DNA of 63,568 nt, taken from the IMG/VR virus record IMGVR_UViG_3300048599_000861, positions 1 through 63,568 of that record, one strand, 5' to 3'. The translations under genes and the position numbers were made by a program. This document shows, one piece after another, positions 6,943 through 17,112 of this stretch. Under the pieces are notes generated by a model. It worked only from the letters and a program-made list of their open reading frames with translations. It was not told the origin of the DNA and did no database searches. Origin of the DNA: a virus (taxonomy: Duplodnaviria > Caudoviricetes). Position 1 is the stretch's first letter; the number at the start of each line of letters is the position of its first letter.

Positions 6943-8190
6943 TTGATCGACCTCTCCCATCTGAAGATCGTCCTCTGGCCGGTAGGCCGCCTGGTCGCGT
7001 ACGCGAAGAACGCGCGCACGCATTCCGAGCGGCAGGTCGAGCAGATCGCGGCCAGCATCCGCGAGTTCGGCTTCGTAAACCCTGTCCTGGTCGACAAAGA
7101 CGGCGTAATTATCGCCGGCCACGGGCGCCTGCTCGCCGCCAAGAAGCTCGGCATGGCCCAGGTCCCGGTTATCGTCCTGGGATACCTGACCGAATCGCAG
7201 CGCCGCGCACTAGTCATCGCCGATAACAAGATCGCGATGAATGCCGGCTGGGACGAGGCGATGCTCCGCGAGGAGTTGGACGCGATCCTGGAGGACGGTT
7301 TCACCCTCGATCTGGTCGGTTTCAGCAACGACGAGTTGGACGCGCTGATCGTGGCCGAGGAGAAGACGGTCGAGGGGAACACGCCCGAAGACGAGACTCC
7401 CGAACCGGCCGCAGATGCGCCGGTAACGGCTCCCGGCGACGTGTGGATCATGGGGAAGCATCGGTTGGTCTGCGGAACCGCGGAGAATCTCTCGATGCTC
7501 CAGAAGGCCCTGGGCGGCGGCACGGCGGATATGGTCTTTACGGACCCGCCGTACAACGTCAACTACGAGGGCAAGACCGCCAAGAAACTCAAAATCGAAA
7601 ACGATGCACTCGGGGGCCGGTTTTACGAGTTCCTGCGCGACGTCTGCGCGAACATGCTGGCGGTGACCAACGGCGCCGTGTACATCTGCATGTCCTCCTC
7701 GGAGTTGCACACGCTGTTCAAGGCGTTCGTGGACGCGGGTGGCCACTGGTCGACGTTCATAATCTGGGCGAAGCACCACTTCACGCTGGGCCGGTCGGAT
7801 TACCAGCGGATGTACGAGCCGATCCTGTACGGGTGGCGGGAGGGCGCGCATCACTTCTGGTGCGGCGAGCGGAACCTCGGCGACGTGTGGCAGATCAAGC
7901 GGCCCATGGCGAACCTGGAACACCCGACCATGAAGCCGGTCGAGCTCGTGGAGCGCGCGATCCGCAATAGCAGCAAACCGGGTGCTCTGGTATTGGACCC
8001 GTTCGCCGGAAGCGGGACCACGCTGATCGCGTGCCACAAGTCGGATCGCCGAGCGGCAGTCATGGAGTTGGACCCGAAGTACTGCGATGTGATCATCCGG
8101 CGATGGCAGCAATTCGCCGGGGCCCGGGCTTGCAACGAGAGCGGGGTCGCGTTTGACGATGTGGCCGCGCGCGCGAAGGTGGCGGCGTAG
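6943..8190 (+). CDS. ParB-like N-terminal domain fused to N6/N4 DNA methyltransferase
   Basis: NARTHS..QIAASIREFGF..IIAGHGR (ParBc); FTDPPY; HPTMKP; LDPFAGSGTT. Confidence 0.93.
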   Translation: MIDLSHLKIVLWPVGRLVAYAKNARTHSERQVEQIAASIREFGFVNPVLVDKDGVIIAGHGRLLAAKKLGMAQVPVIVLGYLTESQRRALVIADNKIAMNAGWDEAMLREELDAILEDGFTLDLVGFSNDELDALIVAEEKTVEGNTPEDETPEPAADAPVTAPGDVWIMGKHRLVCGTAENLSMLQKALGGGTADMVFTDPPYNVNYEGKTAKKLKIENDALGGRFYEFLRDVCANMLAVTNGAVYICMSSSELHTLFKAFVDAGGHWSTFIIWAKHHFTLGRSDYQRMYEPILYGWREGAHHFWCGERNLGDVWQIKRPMANLEHPTMKPVELVERAIRNSSKPGALVLDPFAGSGTTLIACHKSDRRAAVMELDPKYCDVIIRRWQQFAGARACNESGVAFDDVAARAKVAA

Positions 8191-8192
8191 AT

Positions 8193-8723
8193 GTGCTTGT
8201 ATCCGTAGCAGAGTGGGCAAAGGCCGAGGGGATCTCCCACCAGGCGGCGAACAAACGCATCCGTGTCCACGGGATTCCGAAGCATGGCGGCAAGGTCGAT
8301 CCCGATGAGGCCCGGCGAATCTTTGAGGGGACCAAGGACGTACGCCAGCAGGAGCGCGGAGCGAAGCCCAAGCGGCGCGAAGAGGAGCCGCTGGACATCC
8401 CTGGTGCCGTGGCCGACACGGGCATCGCTGGTCGCAGGCCCGAGATTCAGACCGCGCTCGACGCGGTCAAGTTGAAGCGCGAGAAATTGCGCTTGAAGCA
8501 GTTGGAAGGCTCGCTCGTCGATGCCGACGAAATCAGCAGCGCAACCGAGGCGCGTTTTCGGGGGGATGCTGAGGCGCTTCTCAATTGGCCCGCGCGTGTG
8601 TCCGCGGAAATTGCGGCTGAACTTGGAACGGACGAACGGTTAACCCATGCGGCGCTGGATAAATACGTGCGCCAGTTTATGCGCGAGCGCAGCATGGTGC
8701 CTGTTGCTGTGGGGGAACGCTGA
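8193..8723 (+). CDS. Terminase small subunit (Nu1-like)
   Basis: N-terminal HTH, coiled coil KLKREKLRLKQLEGSLV; directly before the large subunit. Confidence 0.8.
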   Translation: MLVSVAEWAKAEGISHQAANKRIRVHGIPKHGGKVDPDEARRIFEGTKDVRQQERGAKPKRREEEPLDIPGAVADTGIAGRRPEIQTALDAVKLKREKLRLKQLEGSLVDADEISSATEARFRGDAEALLNWPARVSAEIAAELGTDERLTHAALDKYVRQFMRERSMVPVAVGER

Positions 8724-8724
8724 T

Positions 8725-10767
8725 ATGCGCTCCGCGCACGAGCTTGTAAACGAAGCGGCCAATCGTGCCTGGGCGCCTCCTCCCACCATGTCGGTCTGGG
8801 AATGGGCAGACGCGAACCGGCACCTTGGAGCGGATTCGCCCGAGCGGGGCAACTACCGAACGGATCGCACCCCGTACGCCAGGCAGATCATGGACTGCCT
8901 CTCGCCGTTCCACCCGGCGCGGCATATCGCGTGGGAGAAGGGTGTTCAGATCGGCGCCACGACGGTCGGGCTGAACTGGATCGGGTTCATTGCATCGCAG
9001 AACCCGGCGCCGACGATCATCACCCTCCCATCTGAAGGCGTGGCAAAGGAGTGGAGCCACCAGCGGTTGACGCAGTTGGTAGAGGAGACGCCCTGCCTGC
9101 AGTCGAAGCTCGTGGACGCGAAGCGCAAGGGGAGCGGCAGCGTCTACCTCAAGCGGATCGCGGGGACGACGGTTACGATCAAGATCGCCTGGTCGTCGAG
9201 CGCGAAGAAACTCCGGTCGACGCCGGCGGCTAATCTCCTGAGCGACGAGGTCGACGGGTTTGAGAACGACCCGGACGGCGAGGGTTCCGTGCTGGTGCTA
9301 CTCGACGGGCGCTTCGTCAACTTCCCGCGCGGCAAGCACTTCATGATCTCGACTCCCACGAGGGAGCCGAGCAAGATTCACGCCGAGTTCCTCAAAGGGG
9401 ACCAGCGCCACTACTTCATCCCGTGCCCGTTCTGTGGCCGCTTCCAGAGCCTGGACGACCCCAATCATAAGCGCGGGTTCCGGTCGCTGAAATGGTCCGA
9501 TGGATTCCTCGGCTTCGAGTGCGTCAGTTGCGGCCAGCGCTTTGCCGAGCGGTTCAAGACGCAGTTCCTCTCCCGCGGCATGTGGGTCGCGACGCGAGAG
9601 GCGCCCGAACTGCTGCGCGATGGTTTCGACGACCCGCGCCATCTGGCATCTATCATCTCCCGCATGGAGCGGGAGAAGTTCGCCTCGTTCCACTCGTCGG
9701 CGATGTATTCGCCGATTGGCTGGTACTCGTGGGATACGCTCCGCGAAGACTGGCAGAAAGCGCAGCACAGCGCGAACGACCTGAAGGCGGTCATCAACAC
9801 CAAGTTGGCCGAGGTTTGGGAGGAGCGCGGCGACGTTCCCGACGACGAGAAGATCTGGGCCAGGCGGGAACATTACCACCACTTCTCCCAGGGCATCGGA
9901 AAGCTGCCTTGGAACTCGGAGGCGATGGTGCCTCGGCGCGGTCTGATCCTCACGGCTGCCGTCGATATCCAGCAGAACCCTCCGCGCATCGAGGTCGGGG
10001 TGAAAGCCTGGGGCCGCGGGAAGGAAGCTTGGCACGTCGGGTATTGGGTCTTCTACGGCGACGTTTCGCGCATCGAGAACGAGCCGTGGCAGCTACTCGA
10101 CGAGTTGCTCGCGAAGGACTTCCGGCGCGAGGACGGCGCGATGCTCTCCATCATGGCGATGGGCATCGATACCGGGTACCTCGCCAACGTCGTCTATGAA
10201 TTCGCCCTGAAGCATCCGCAACCGTGGCACAGCGACGCGACCGGCTCCAGGGTTGTCGAGATGCGGACGGTCATCCCGACCGGAGGCGATCCGCACGACT
10301 GGCAAAAGATCGTCTCGTCGGTATCGAAAACCGACGCCGCCAGGAAGCGGCAGAACGTTCGCATCTGGAAGGTCGGCGGGTGCGCCGCCAAGGGCGAGCT
10401 TTACGGCTGGCTGAGGCTGCCGATACCGGAGGGAGACACGCCTTCGCCGGGCTTCCAGCACTACCCGGACTATCAGCGCGCGTGGTTCACCGGGCTCTGT
10501 TCTGAGCAGCGCAAGGTCGCAGGCAACGGTAGGCCATATTACGAGATCATCCCTGGCCACGAGCGCAACGAGCCCCTGGACACTGAGCAGTACAACCGGC
10601 TGGTAGCCGCGGTGTGCGGGATCGACCGCTTCACCGATGACGAGTGGGGCCAACTCGAAAGCCGGCCCGAGGACGAAGCGGCCGAGACGGCGCAGTCCTC
10701 GGTCCGGGACGACCGCTCTGAGCACGACGGGCGCCGGGACTGGTTTGGAAGGAAGGACTGGTTTTAG
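8725..10767 (+). CDS. Terminase large subunit, GpA family
   Basis: RTPY; Walker A KGVQIGAT; DEVD; ISTPT; CPFC/CVSC; AVDIQ; NEPLD. Confidence 0.95.
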   Translation: MRSAHELVNEAANRAWAPPPTMSVWEWADANRHLGADSPERGNYRTDRTPYARQIMDCLSPFHPARHIAWEKGVQIGATTVGLNWIGFIASQNPAPTIITLPSEGVAKEWSHQRLTQLVEETPCLQSKLVDAKRKGSGSVYLKRIAGTTVTIKIAWSSSAKKLRSTPAANLLSDEVDGFENDPDGEGSVLVLLDGRFVNFPRGKHFMISTPTREPSKIHAEFLKGDQRHYFIPCPFCGRFQSLDDPNHKRGFRSLKWSDGFLGFECVSCGQRFAERFKTQFLSRGMWVATREAPELLRDGFDDPRHLASIISRMEREKFASFHSSAMYSPIGWYSWDTLREDWQKAQHSANDLKAVINTKLAEVWEERGDVPDDEKIWARREHYHHFSQGIGKLPWNSEAMVPRRGLILTAAVDIQQNPPRIEVGVKAWGRGKEAWHVGYWVFYGDVSRIENEPWQLLDELLAKDFRREDGAMLSIMAMGIDTGYLANVVYEFALKHPQPWHSDATGSRVVEMRTVIPTGGDPHDWQKIVSSVSKTDAARKRQNVRIWKVGGCAAKGELYGWLRLPIPEGDTPSPGFQHYPDYQRAWFTGLCSEQRKVAGNGRPYYEIIPGHERNEPLDTEQYNRLVAAVCGIDRFTDDEWGQLESRPEDEAAETAQSSVRDDRSEHDGRRDWFGRKDWF

Positions 10768-10980
10768 ATGCTCCAGCTATCCGAGCTTCAATCTATGCGC
10801 GACACGCTGCAGCGTGCCATCTACAGCGGCACACGCCGGGTGCAGTTCTCGGACCGCCTGGTTGAGTACCACACGGTAGACGACATGCGGAAGGCGCTCG
10901 CCGACCTCGACGCCGAAATCGCCAAGGCTTCCGGAACGACGCCGTCTTCCTTCAGCCTCGCCATGCACAGCAGGGACTAA
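10768..10980 (+). CDS. Head-tail joining protein (gpW-like)
   Basis: 70 aa between terminase and portal; AIYSGTRRVQFSDRLVEY. Confidence 0.85.
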   Translation: MLQLSELQSMRDTLQRAIYSGTRRVQFSDRLVEYHTVDDMRKALADLDAEIAKASGTTPSSFSLAMHSRD

Positions 10981-12555
10981 ATGAACGCCCTCGACAAGTT
11001 GATCGGCTATTTCGCGCCCGAGCGGGCGTACCGGCGCGCGCGCTTCCGTGCCGCGACCGAAACGTTCTCCTACGATGGCGCGAAGACCGGGCGCCGGACG
11101 GACGGGTGGATCGCCGCCGGCGGCGACGCGAACACCGAAGTCGGCGCGGCGCTGATCAATCTTCGGAATCGCTCGCGCGAATTGCTGCGGAACAACCCGT
11201 ACGCGACGAAGGCCATCGGCGAGTTGGTCGGAAACACGGTCGGGACGGGTATCGTGCCGCAGGCGAAGACCGGCGATGCGGCGACCGACAAGATCATTGA
11301 CGAGGAGTGGCCGCACTTCGCCGAGAACTGCGATCCAGGCGGGCAGTTGGACTTTTACGGGATGCAGGCGCTGGTAGTGCGGACCACCGCCGAGAGCGGC
11401 GATGGAATTGTCCGATTCCGGCCGCGCATGCCGAAGGACAATCTTCGCATCCCACTACAGTTGCAGGTCCTGGAGGGTGACTTCCTGGATAGCGGGCGCA
11501 CGATGAGCACCGCGACGGGTTGTGTGATCCAGGGTGTGCAGATGAACCTCCTGGGGCTGCGGGAGGCGTACTGGCTCTACAACTACCACCCGGGCGGCAC
11601 GTACATCCTCAACCCGCGGGGTGGCATTTTGAGCCAGCCCGTGAGCGCCGACCAGGTGATGCACACGTATTGCCTGCTCCGGCCCGGACAGATCCGCGGC
11701 GTACCGTGGCTGGCGCCCGTGATGCTGGCGTTGCGCGACCTCGACGATTACCGCGACGCCGAACGCATGCGGAAGAAGACCGAGGCGTGTCTCGCTGGAA
11801 TTGTCACGCGGCCGGAAGGTGCGGGCGGCCTGCCGATCGGCGCGAAGTCCACGGACCCGAAGACCGGTAACACGCTGGAGCGAATGTATCCCGGCATGAT
11901 CGAGTACTTGAAGCCGGGGGAGGATATCCGGTTCAACGAGCCGACTGCCGCAGGTGGATACCGCGAATACCTGATGGCCGAGTTGCAGGGGATTGGTGCG
12001 GGCGTGAACGTCCCGTACGAACTGCTGTCGGGCGACCTTTCGAACGTCAACTATTCCTCGTACCGGGCCGGTATGCTCGGCTTCCGGAACGCAATCGAGG
12101 CGTTCCGCTGGTTGACGCTGATCCCGATGTTCTGCAGGCCGGCGTGGCGCCGGTTCATTGACACCCTCGTCCTGGTCGGCAAAATCCCCGAGCCGAACTA
12201 CGGCGTCCAGTGGACGGCACCGAAGTTCGAGAGCGTCGATCCGCTGAAGGATGCGATGGCCGAGTTGAAGCGCATCCGTACGGGCACCCTGACGCTTTCG
12301 GAAGCGATCGCGCAGAACGGCTACGATCCCGAGAAGCAGTTGCAGGAGATCAAGCGGATCAACGACCTGCTCGACGAGTTGGCGATCGTTCTCGACTGCG
12401 ACCCGCGCAAGACCAACGACAAGGGCGGCGAGCAACCTCCTGCGGACGGTGGCGAACAGCAGCCGGCGAAGCCGAAGGGCGCCGCCACGAAAACGTCCGC
12501 TCAGTTCTACTCGGCCCGGCAGTGGGACACACCCACTCGAATCTATCGCTCGTAA
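10981..12555 (+). CDS. Portal protein, lambda family
   Basis: LRNRSRELLRNNPY; RPGQIRGVPW; LSGDLSNVNYSSYR; VDPLKD. Confidence 0.95.
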   Translation: MNALDKLIGYFAPERAYRRARFRAATETFSYDGAKTGRRTDGWIAAGGDANTEVGAALINLRNRSRELLRNNPYATKAIGELVGNTVGTGIVPQAKTGDAATDKIIDEEWPHFAENCDPGGQLDFYGMQALVVRTTAESGDGIVRFRPRMPKDNLRIPLQLQVLEGDFLDSGRTMSTATGCVIQGVQMNLLGLREAYWLYNYHPGGTYILNPRGGILSQPVSADQVMHTYCLLRPGQIRGVPWLAPVMLALRDLDDYRDAERMRKKTEACLAGIVTRPEGAGGLPIGAKSTDPKTGNTLERMYPGMIEYLKPGEDIRFNEPTAAGGYREYLMAELQGIGAGVNVPYELLSGDLSNVNYSSYRAGMLGFRNAIEAFRWLTLIPMFCRPAWRRFIDTLVLVGKIPEPNYGVQWTAPKFESVDPLKDAMAELKRIRTGTLTLSEAIAQNGYDPEKQLQEIKRINDLLDELAIVLDCDPRKTNDKGGEQPPADGGEQQPAKPKGAATKTSAQFYSARQWDTPTRIYRS

Positions 12556-12568
12556 CGGAGGAACACCA

Positions 12569-13222
12569 ATGGCAAATCTCACCGATCAGCGCCGACCGGA
12601 CCAGGACTTCCTCCGGCAGTGGGAGGAGTCCGGCAGGCAGGCACTTGCTGCGCAGATCAGTCCCGAGAGCATCAACGAGGAGCAGCGCACCGTGGACGTC
12701 ATCTGGTACACGGGCGTGGACGTCGACCGATGTAGCTGGATGGATGGTCCGTATAAACTGCGCCTCGATCCGGCTGGCGCGGACCTGTCCTTGCTCAACA
12801 ACGGTGCTCCCGTTTGCGACAACCACTGGATGGGCGGCGTCGACGATCAGAAGGGCTGCGTAGACCGCGCCTGGGTCGACGGTTCCAACTACAAGGCCAC
12901 GTTGCGATTCAAGCGGTCCACCGAGCAGACCGGCCCGCGCCCGGCGCTGGACGGGCTCTGGCAGGACATCAAGGACAAGATCGTCACCAAGTTTTCGATG
13001 GGGGTTGAGATCCTCGCCTCCCTTGAGAAGAGGGACAAGGACGGGAAGCTGACCCTGAAGACCGCCACGAAGTGGCGCCCGTTCGAGATCAGCATCGCGC
13101 CCATACCAGCCGACTTCGGCACGACCACCCTTTCCGCCGAGCGCGGCGCGCCAACGCCGAACCGCGCACAGATGGAATCGAATTTCCGGGATCGCGAGGT
13201 ACAGATCCTGCGCCTCCGGTAA
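12569..13222 (+). CDS. Prohead protease (HK97/U35-like)
   Basis: GGAGG RBS; APVCDNH, FSMG, WRPFEISIAPIPAD. Confidence 0.85.
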   Translation: MANLTDQRRPDQDFLRQWEESGRQALAAQISPESINEEQRTVDVIWYTGVDVDRCSWMDGPYKLRLDPAGADLSLLNNGAPVCDNHWMGGVDDQKGCVDRAWVDGSNYKATLRFKRSTEQTGPRPALDGLWQDIKDKIVTKFSMGVEILASLEKRDKDGKLTLKTATKWRPFEISIAPIPADFGTTTLSAERGAPTPNRAQMESNFRDREVQILRLR

Positions 13223-13278
13223 CGCAGTACCCCGCCGCTGCGAAGGCAGCCGGGCACTTCAAACAGGAGAAACACAAC

Positions 13279-14883
13279 ATGAAGACCATTGAGCGCCTTC
13301 GCCAAATGAAGGGCAAGGCGGTGGAATGCATGGAAGCGCTGAACGCGCTTGCCAAGAAAGAGAATCGCGAACTGAACGCGTCGGAGAAGTTGGAGTACGA
13401 CGCGCGTAAGGCCGAGGCCGAAGAGTTGACCTCTGCCATCAAGCAGCTCGAAGAAGAACTGGCCGCGCAGCCGCCGACTCCCGCTCCGGCTCCGGCGCCC
13501 GCCGCGCAACCGCCCGCGCCGGCTCCTTCCGCTCCGGATGCCGAGACGCTCCGGAAGCAGGCAGTGGAGGCCGAGCGCCTGCGCGCGAGTCAGATCCGCA
13601 CGATGGCCGCGCCGTTTCATCTGGACGAGAAGTTCGTGAACGCGCTGGTGGACGAAGGCGTCACCGTCGAGACCGCCCGCGAGCGCATCATGACCAAACT
13701 CGCCGCGGTCGCCGGGGAGAGGCCGAATAACCCGGCCAACCCGGGTGCGAGCATCAGCGCCGACGCCCGCGACAAGCTGCGCGCCGGCATGGAGGCGTCC
13801 ATCCTGTTCCGCGGCAATCCGGCGGATTCGAAGCTGCGGGATGCGGGGCGCGAGTTCGCCGGCTTCACCCTCGTGGACATCGCCCGCGAGTGCCTGGAGT
13901 CCATCGGCATCAAGACCCGCGGCATGAGCCGGAACGAGATCGCGCGCGTCGCGCTGCAGGGGCGCTACGGGGCCGAGCAGTATTTCTCCGGCGTGGGCAT
14001 GATGACCACCAGCGACTTCCCGAACATCCTCGCGAACGTCGCAAACAAGACCCTGCGCCAGGCGTACGAGGCCGCTCCCCAGACCTTCAAGCCGTTCTGC
14101 CGGCAGGTCTCCGCGAGCGACTTCAAGCCGATCAATCGCGTGCAGTTGAGCGACGTGCCGACCCTGCCGAAGATCAACGAGAAGGGCGAGTTCCACCGCA
14201 CCGCGCTGTCCGACTCGAAGGAGACCTACTCGCTGGCGACCTTCGGCGAGATCGTCGCGATCACCCGCAAGACCATCGTCAACGACGACCTGCAGGCGCT
14301 CACCCGCGTCCCGGCCGGCCTGGGACAGGCCGCGGCGAACCTGGAAAGCGACACGGTGTGGGGCATCATCATCAACAACGGCAACATGGCGGATGGCGCC
14401 GCCCTGTTCGTGCTCGCGGGCCACGGCAACCTGAAGGCCACGAACGGTCTGGCGGCGGTCGCGAACATCACCGCTGCCCGCGTTCAGATGCGCACCCAGA
14501 AGGGACCGAAGGGCACGATCCTGAACCTCGTTCCCAAGTACCTCATCGTCCCGGCCGCGCTGGAAGGAATCGCGTTCCAGTTGATCAATCCGATCAACCT
14601 GGCGGCGACCGCCGCGACCTCGGACGTTCCGCAGTTCGTCCGCTCCATGATTCCGATTGTGGAGCCGCGCCTCGATGCAGCCGCGAACGGCACGACCACG
14701 TGGTACACGGCGGCCGATCCGTCGCAGATCGACACCATCGAGTACTGCTACCTCGAGGGGCAGCAGGGCGTGTACATCGAGACCCGCCAGGGCTTCGACG
14801 TGGACGGCGTGGAGATCAAGGCCCGCCTGGACTTCGCCGCGGGCGCGATCGACTACCGCGGGCTTCAGAAGAACACCGCGTAG
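13279..14883 (+). CDS. Major capsid protein (Mu gpT-like C-terminus) with N-terminal scaffold-like region
   Basis: AGGAG RBS; TTSDFPNILANVANKTL; PKYLIVPAALE; GFDVDGVEIKARLDFAAGAIDYRG. Confidence 0.92.
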   Translation: MKTIERLRQMKGKAVECMEALNALAKKENRELNASEKLEYDARKAEAEELTSAIKQLEEELAAQPPTPAPAPAPAAQPPAPAPSAPDAETLRKQAVEAERLRASQIRTMAAPFHLDEKFVNALVDEGVTVETARERIMTKLAAVAGERPNNPANPGASISADARDKLRAGMEASILFRGNPADSKLRDAGREFAGFTLVDIARECLESIGIKTRGMSRNEIARVALQGRYGAEQYFSGVGMMTTSDFPNILANVANKTLRQAYEAAPQTFKPFCRQVSASDFKPINRVQLSDVPTLPKINEKGEFHRTALSDSKETYSLATFGEIVAITRKTIVNDDLQALTRVPAGLGQAAANLESDTVWGIIINNGNMADGAALFVLAGHGNLKATNGLAAVANITAARVQMRTQKGPKGTILNLVPKYLIVPAALEGIAFQLINPINLAATAATSDVPQFVRSMIPIVEPRLDAAANGTTTWYTAADPSQIDTIEYCYLEGQQGVYIETRQGFDVDGVEIKARLDFAAGAIDYRGLQKNTA

Positions 14884-14955
14884 GCGGTGGTGACGTGAAC
14901 CGGGGCGGCGCTTGTAACGCCGCCCCAAGAATCTCAGAAACAGGAGAAAAGGATC

Positions 14956-15723
14956 ATGACGAATTTCGTTCAGAAAGGCGAAACGCTCACCGTCACCGCG
15001 CCGTACGACGTTCTCAGCGGTGCCGGCGTGTTGGTGGGAATCATCTTCGGCGTCGCCGCGAACAGTGCTCTCAGCGGAGCAACCGACCTGGAGATCGCGA
15101 CGGAGGGAGTATTCGAGCTTCCCAAGACCCTGGCGCTGGACGTGGCGCAGGGAGACGCCCTGTACTGGAACGACACCACCAAGGTGCTGACCAAGACGAC
15201 CAGCGACGTCGGCCCGGTTGCCGAGGCTACCGCGGCAGCGGCGAACGGTGTGGCGACGGTCAAGGCCAAACTGACGACCTCGTACGCCGCCCCGCTGGAC
15301 CCGACCATCCTCCGGTACGCGACGGTCGAGGTGTCGAATGCCGAGATCAAGGCGCTCCGCGCGACCCCGAAAGAACTGGTCGCCGCTCCCGGCGCGAACA
15401 AGATGTTGCAGTTCGTGTCCGCAGTCCTGGTGAACAACGGCGGCGCGAACGCGCTGACCGAATCCGCCGATAACATGGCCGTGAAACTCGGCAACGGTGC
15501 AGGCGCCGCAGTGAGCCAGGACATCGAAGCCACGGGCTTCATCGACCAGACCGCCGCGACCGTCACCAGCGCCCTGCCGAAGGTCGACCCCATCGTGGCG
15601 AAGGCGAACGCCGCGAATAAGGCGCTCGTCCTCCACAACACCGGCGATGGCGAGTACGGCGGCAACGCCGCTGCCGACGTGACCATGTCGATCAAGGTCG
15701 CGTACCGCGTCCACTCGGTGTAG
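14956..15723 (+). CDS. DUF2190-family capsid cement/decoration protein with C-terminal extension
   Basis: MTNFVQKGETLTVTAPYDVLSGAGVLVG..FGVA..EGVFELPK; 255 aa. Confidence 0.8.
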   Translation: MTNFVQKGETLTVTAPYDVLSGAGVLVGIIFGVAANSALSGATDLEIATEGVFELPKTLALDVAQGDALYWNDTTKVLTKTTSDVGPVAEATAAAANGVATVKAKLTTSYAAPLDPTILRYATVEVSNAEIKALRATPKELVAAPGANKMLQFVSAVLVNNGGANALTESADNMAVKLGNGAGAAVSQDIEATGFIDQTAATVTSALPKVDPIVAKANAANKALVLHNTGDGEYGGNAAADVTMSIKVAYRVHSV

Positions 15724-15736
15724 CCCACGGCGGCGA

Positions 15737-16033
15737 ATGATGGCACCTGATCCATTCGCCGCGGCCAATGCCGCCTGCGTTGCCCTCCTCGGCCAGTCTG
15801 TTTCTATTCAACCGGCCGCAGGGGATGCTTTCACTGTCCTCGGAATTCTGGAGAAGACGACGGACGAGGAGCGGCACGCAGACGGATTGTACGCGAAGCT
15901 TTTCCTCAACCGGGCCGACTGCCCGGTCCTTCCCGACCACGGCGACGAGGTGACCATCGCCGACGTGACGTATAAGGTCTTCGAGGTTCTCATCGACCCC
16001 GGTGGCGGGGTTCGACTTTCCCTGCGCGCGTGA
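15737..16033 (+). CDS. Head-tail joining protein (gpFII-like)
   Basis: Position; PDHGDEVTIADVTYKV motif. Confidence 0.7.
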   Translation: MMAPDPFAAANAACVALLGQSVSIQPAAGDAFTVLGILEKTTDEERHADGLYAKLFLNRADCPVLPDHGDEVTIADVTYKVFEVLIDPGGGVRLSLRA

Positions 16034-16037
16034 TCCC

Positions 16038-16490
16038 ATGGCATCGGCTCGGGTCTTCTTCAAAAAGCAGGTCCGGATCGACCATCTCACCTACAAGCAG
16101 CAGGCGATGTTCAAGATCGGGAACGTCGGCGTTGCGTCGGTGAAGGCCAGGGTTGGCGCCGCGCTCGGTCCGACCGATACCCCGGCGAAGCCGCTCACGA
16201 AGCGGTGGGCCATCACGAAAACCAGGTTGGGCAAGGGGAACCGCCGCAACCTGACGTTCACCGGGGACATGCTCCGCAACTTCCTGGTCCGGACGGTGAG
16301 CGACAACAAGGCAAAGGCCAGCAACTCAACCCGCAAGGACCGCATCAAGGCTTGGATCAACCAGCAGATCGAGCCATGGGTGGTGTTTTCGCCCAAGAAT
16401 ACCAAGGCTGTCGAGGACGCCTCCAAAAAGGTGCTCGATGAAATGGCGCCTCGGTTGGTGCTGGAGAAAGCCCTGAACGGCGGCAAATGA
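16038..16490 (+). CDS. Neck/tail completion protein
   Basis: Basic protein with NLTFTGDMLR; position between head and tail genes. Confidence 0.6.
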   Translation: MASARVFFKKQVRIDHLTYKQQAMFKIGNVGVASVKARVGAALGPTDTPAKPLTKRWAITKTRLGKGNRRNLTFTGDMLRNFLVRTVSDNKAKASNSTRKDRIKAWINQQIEPWVVFSPKNTKAVEDASKKVLDEMAPRLVLEKALNGGK

Positions 16491-16960
16491 TCGACCCATC
16501 CGAACTCGTTAACAATCTAGTCTCGCTGCTCCGCGACATTCCGGACCTCGTCGTCGAGATGAACGGGGACGTGGAGCGGATCTTCCCGTATCACGACCAG
16601 TACCCGAAGCGCGCCAGTCTCGCGCACGCGATTCACGCGATGCCGGCACCATCCGTCATGGTCGTCTGGCAGGGAACGGGGCCGGGCACGTTCGGCGGCG
16701 TCGACGTCTGGAAGCACCAGATCACCCTCTTTGTGCGGGCGCGCGAGACGTTCGATGGCGACTCGCCGACCGGATACTACAGGCTTTTCAGGCTGATTAC
16801 CAAGGGCGTTCCCGCCCAGGGTGACCAGCCAATGAGCAACACGACGGTCCACGCCTCCTGCTACCCGATGGATCTTCCAACGATCCAGCGGCAGACGGAT
16901 GCGGAGGGGCTCGACTACTTCGAGATCCCGCTGACATTTACAGAAATCGGAGACGACTGA
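16487..16960 (+). CDS. Tail terminator-like protein
   Basis: Position before tail tube; ATGA coupling. Confidence 0.6.
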   Translation: MIDPSELVNNLVSLLRDIPDLVVEMNGDVERIFPYHDQYPKRASLAHAIHAMPAPSVMVVWQGTGPGTFGGVDVWKHQITLFVRARETFDGDSPTGYYRLFRLITKGVPAQGDQPMSNTTVHASCYPMDLPTIQRQTDAEGLDYFEIPLTFTEIGDD

Positions 16961-17112
16961 TGAAGGTTTGGATGAAACCTCCCTTCGGTGCGGGCGAACC
17001 GAAGGAGGTCGATGCAACGCCCGAGGTCCTGACGCCGCTCATGGTCGCTGGCTGGAGCCAGTGCGACCCGCCGGCCAGCAACGAGGAGGTGACGACGAAT
17101 GTCCACGACTAG
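16960..17112 (+). CDS. Small hypothetical tail-region protein (50 aa; not in ORF track)
   Basis: TGATG coupling; MKVWMKPPFGAGEPKEVDATPEVLTPLMVAGWSQC... Confidence 0.6.
   Translation: MKVWMKPPFGAGEPKEVDATPEVLTPLMVAGWSQCDPPASNEEVTTNVHD

Noticed and set aside
13460-13540. Pro/Ala-rich repeat-like DNA in the capsid gene
   Set aside because: Low-complexity linker (PAPAPAPAAQPPAP) of the scaffold region, not a DNA repeat element
14902-14926. Strong hairpin after the capsid gene as an intrinsic terminator
   Set aside because: No U-tract follows; more likely an mRNA stability or processing element
12889-15768. 959-aa reverse-strand ORF (also 19041..21182, 17039..18577, 11455..12582, 55736..57226 and similar)
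   Set aside because: Antisense shadows of high-GC coding genes; no recognisable motifs or RBS; fully overlap well-supported + strand genes
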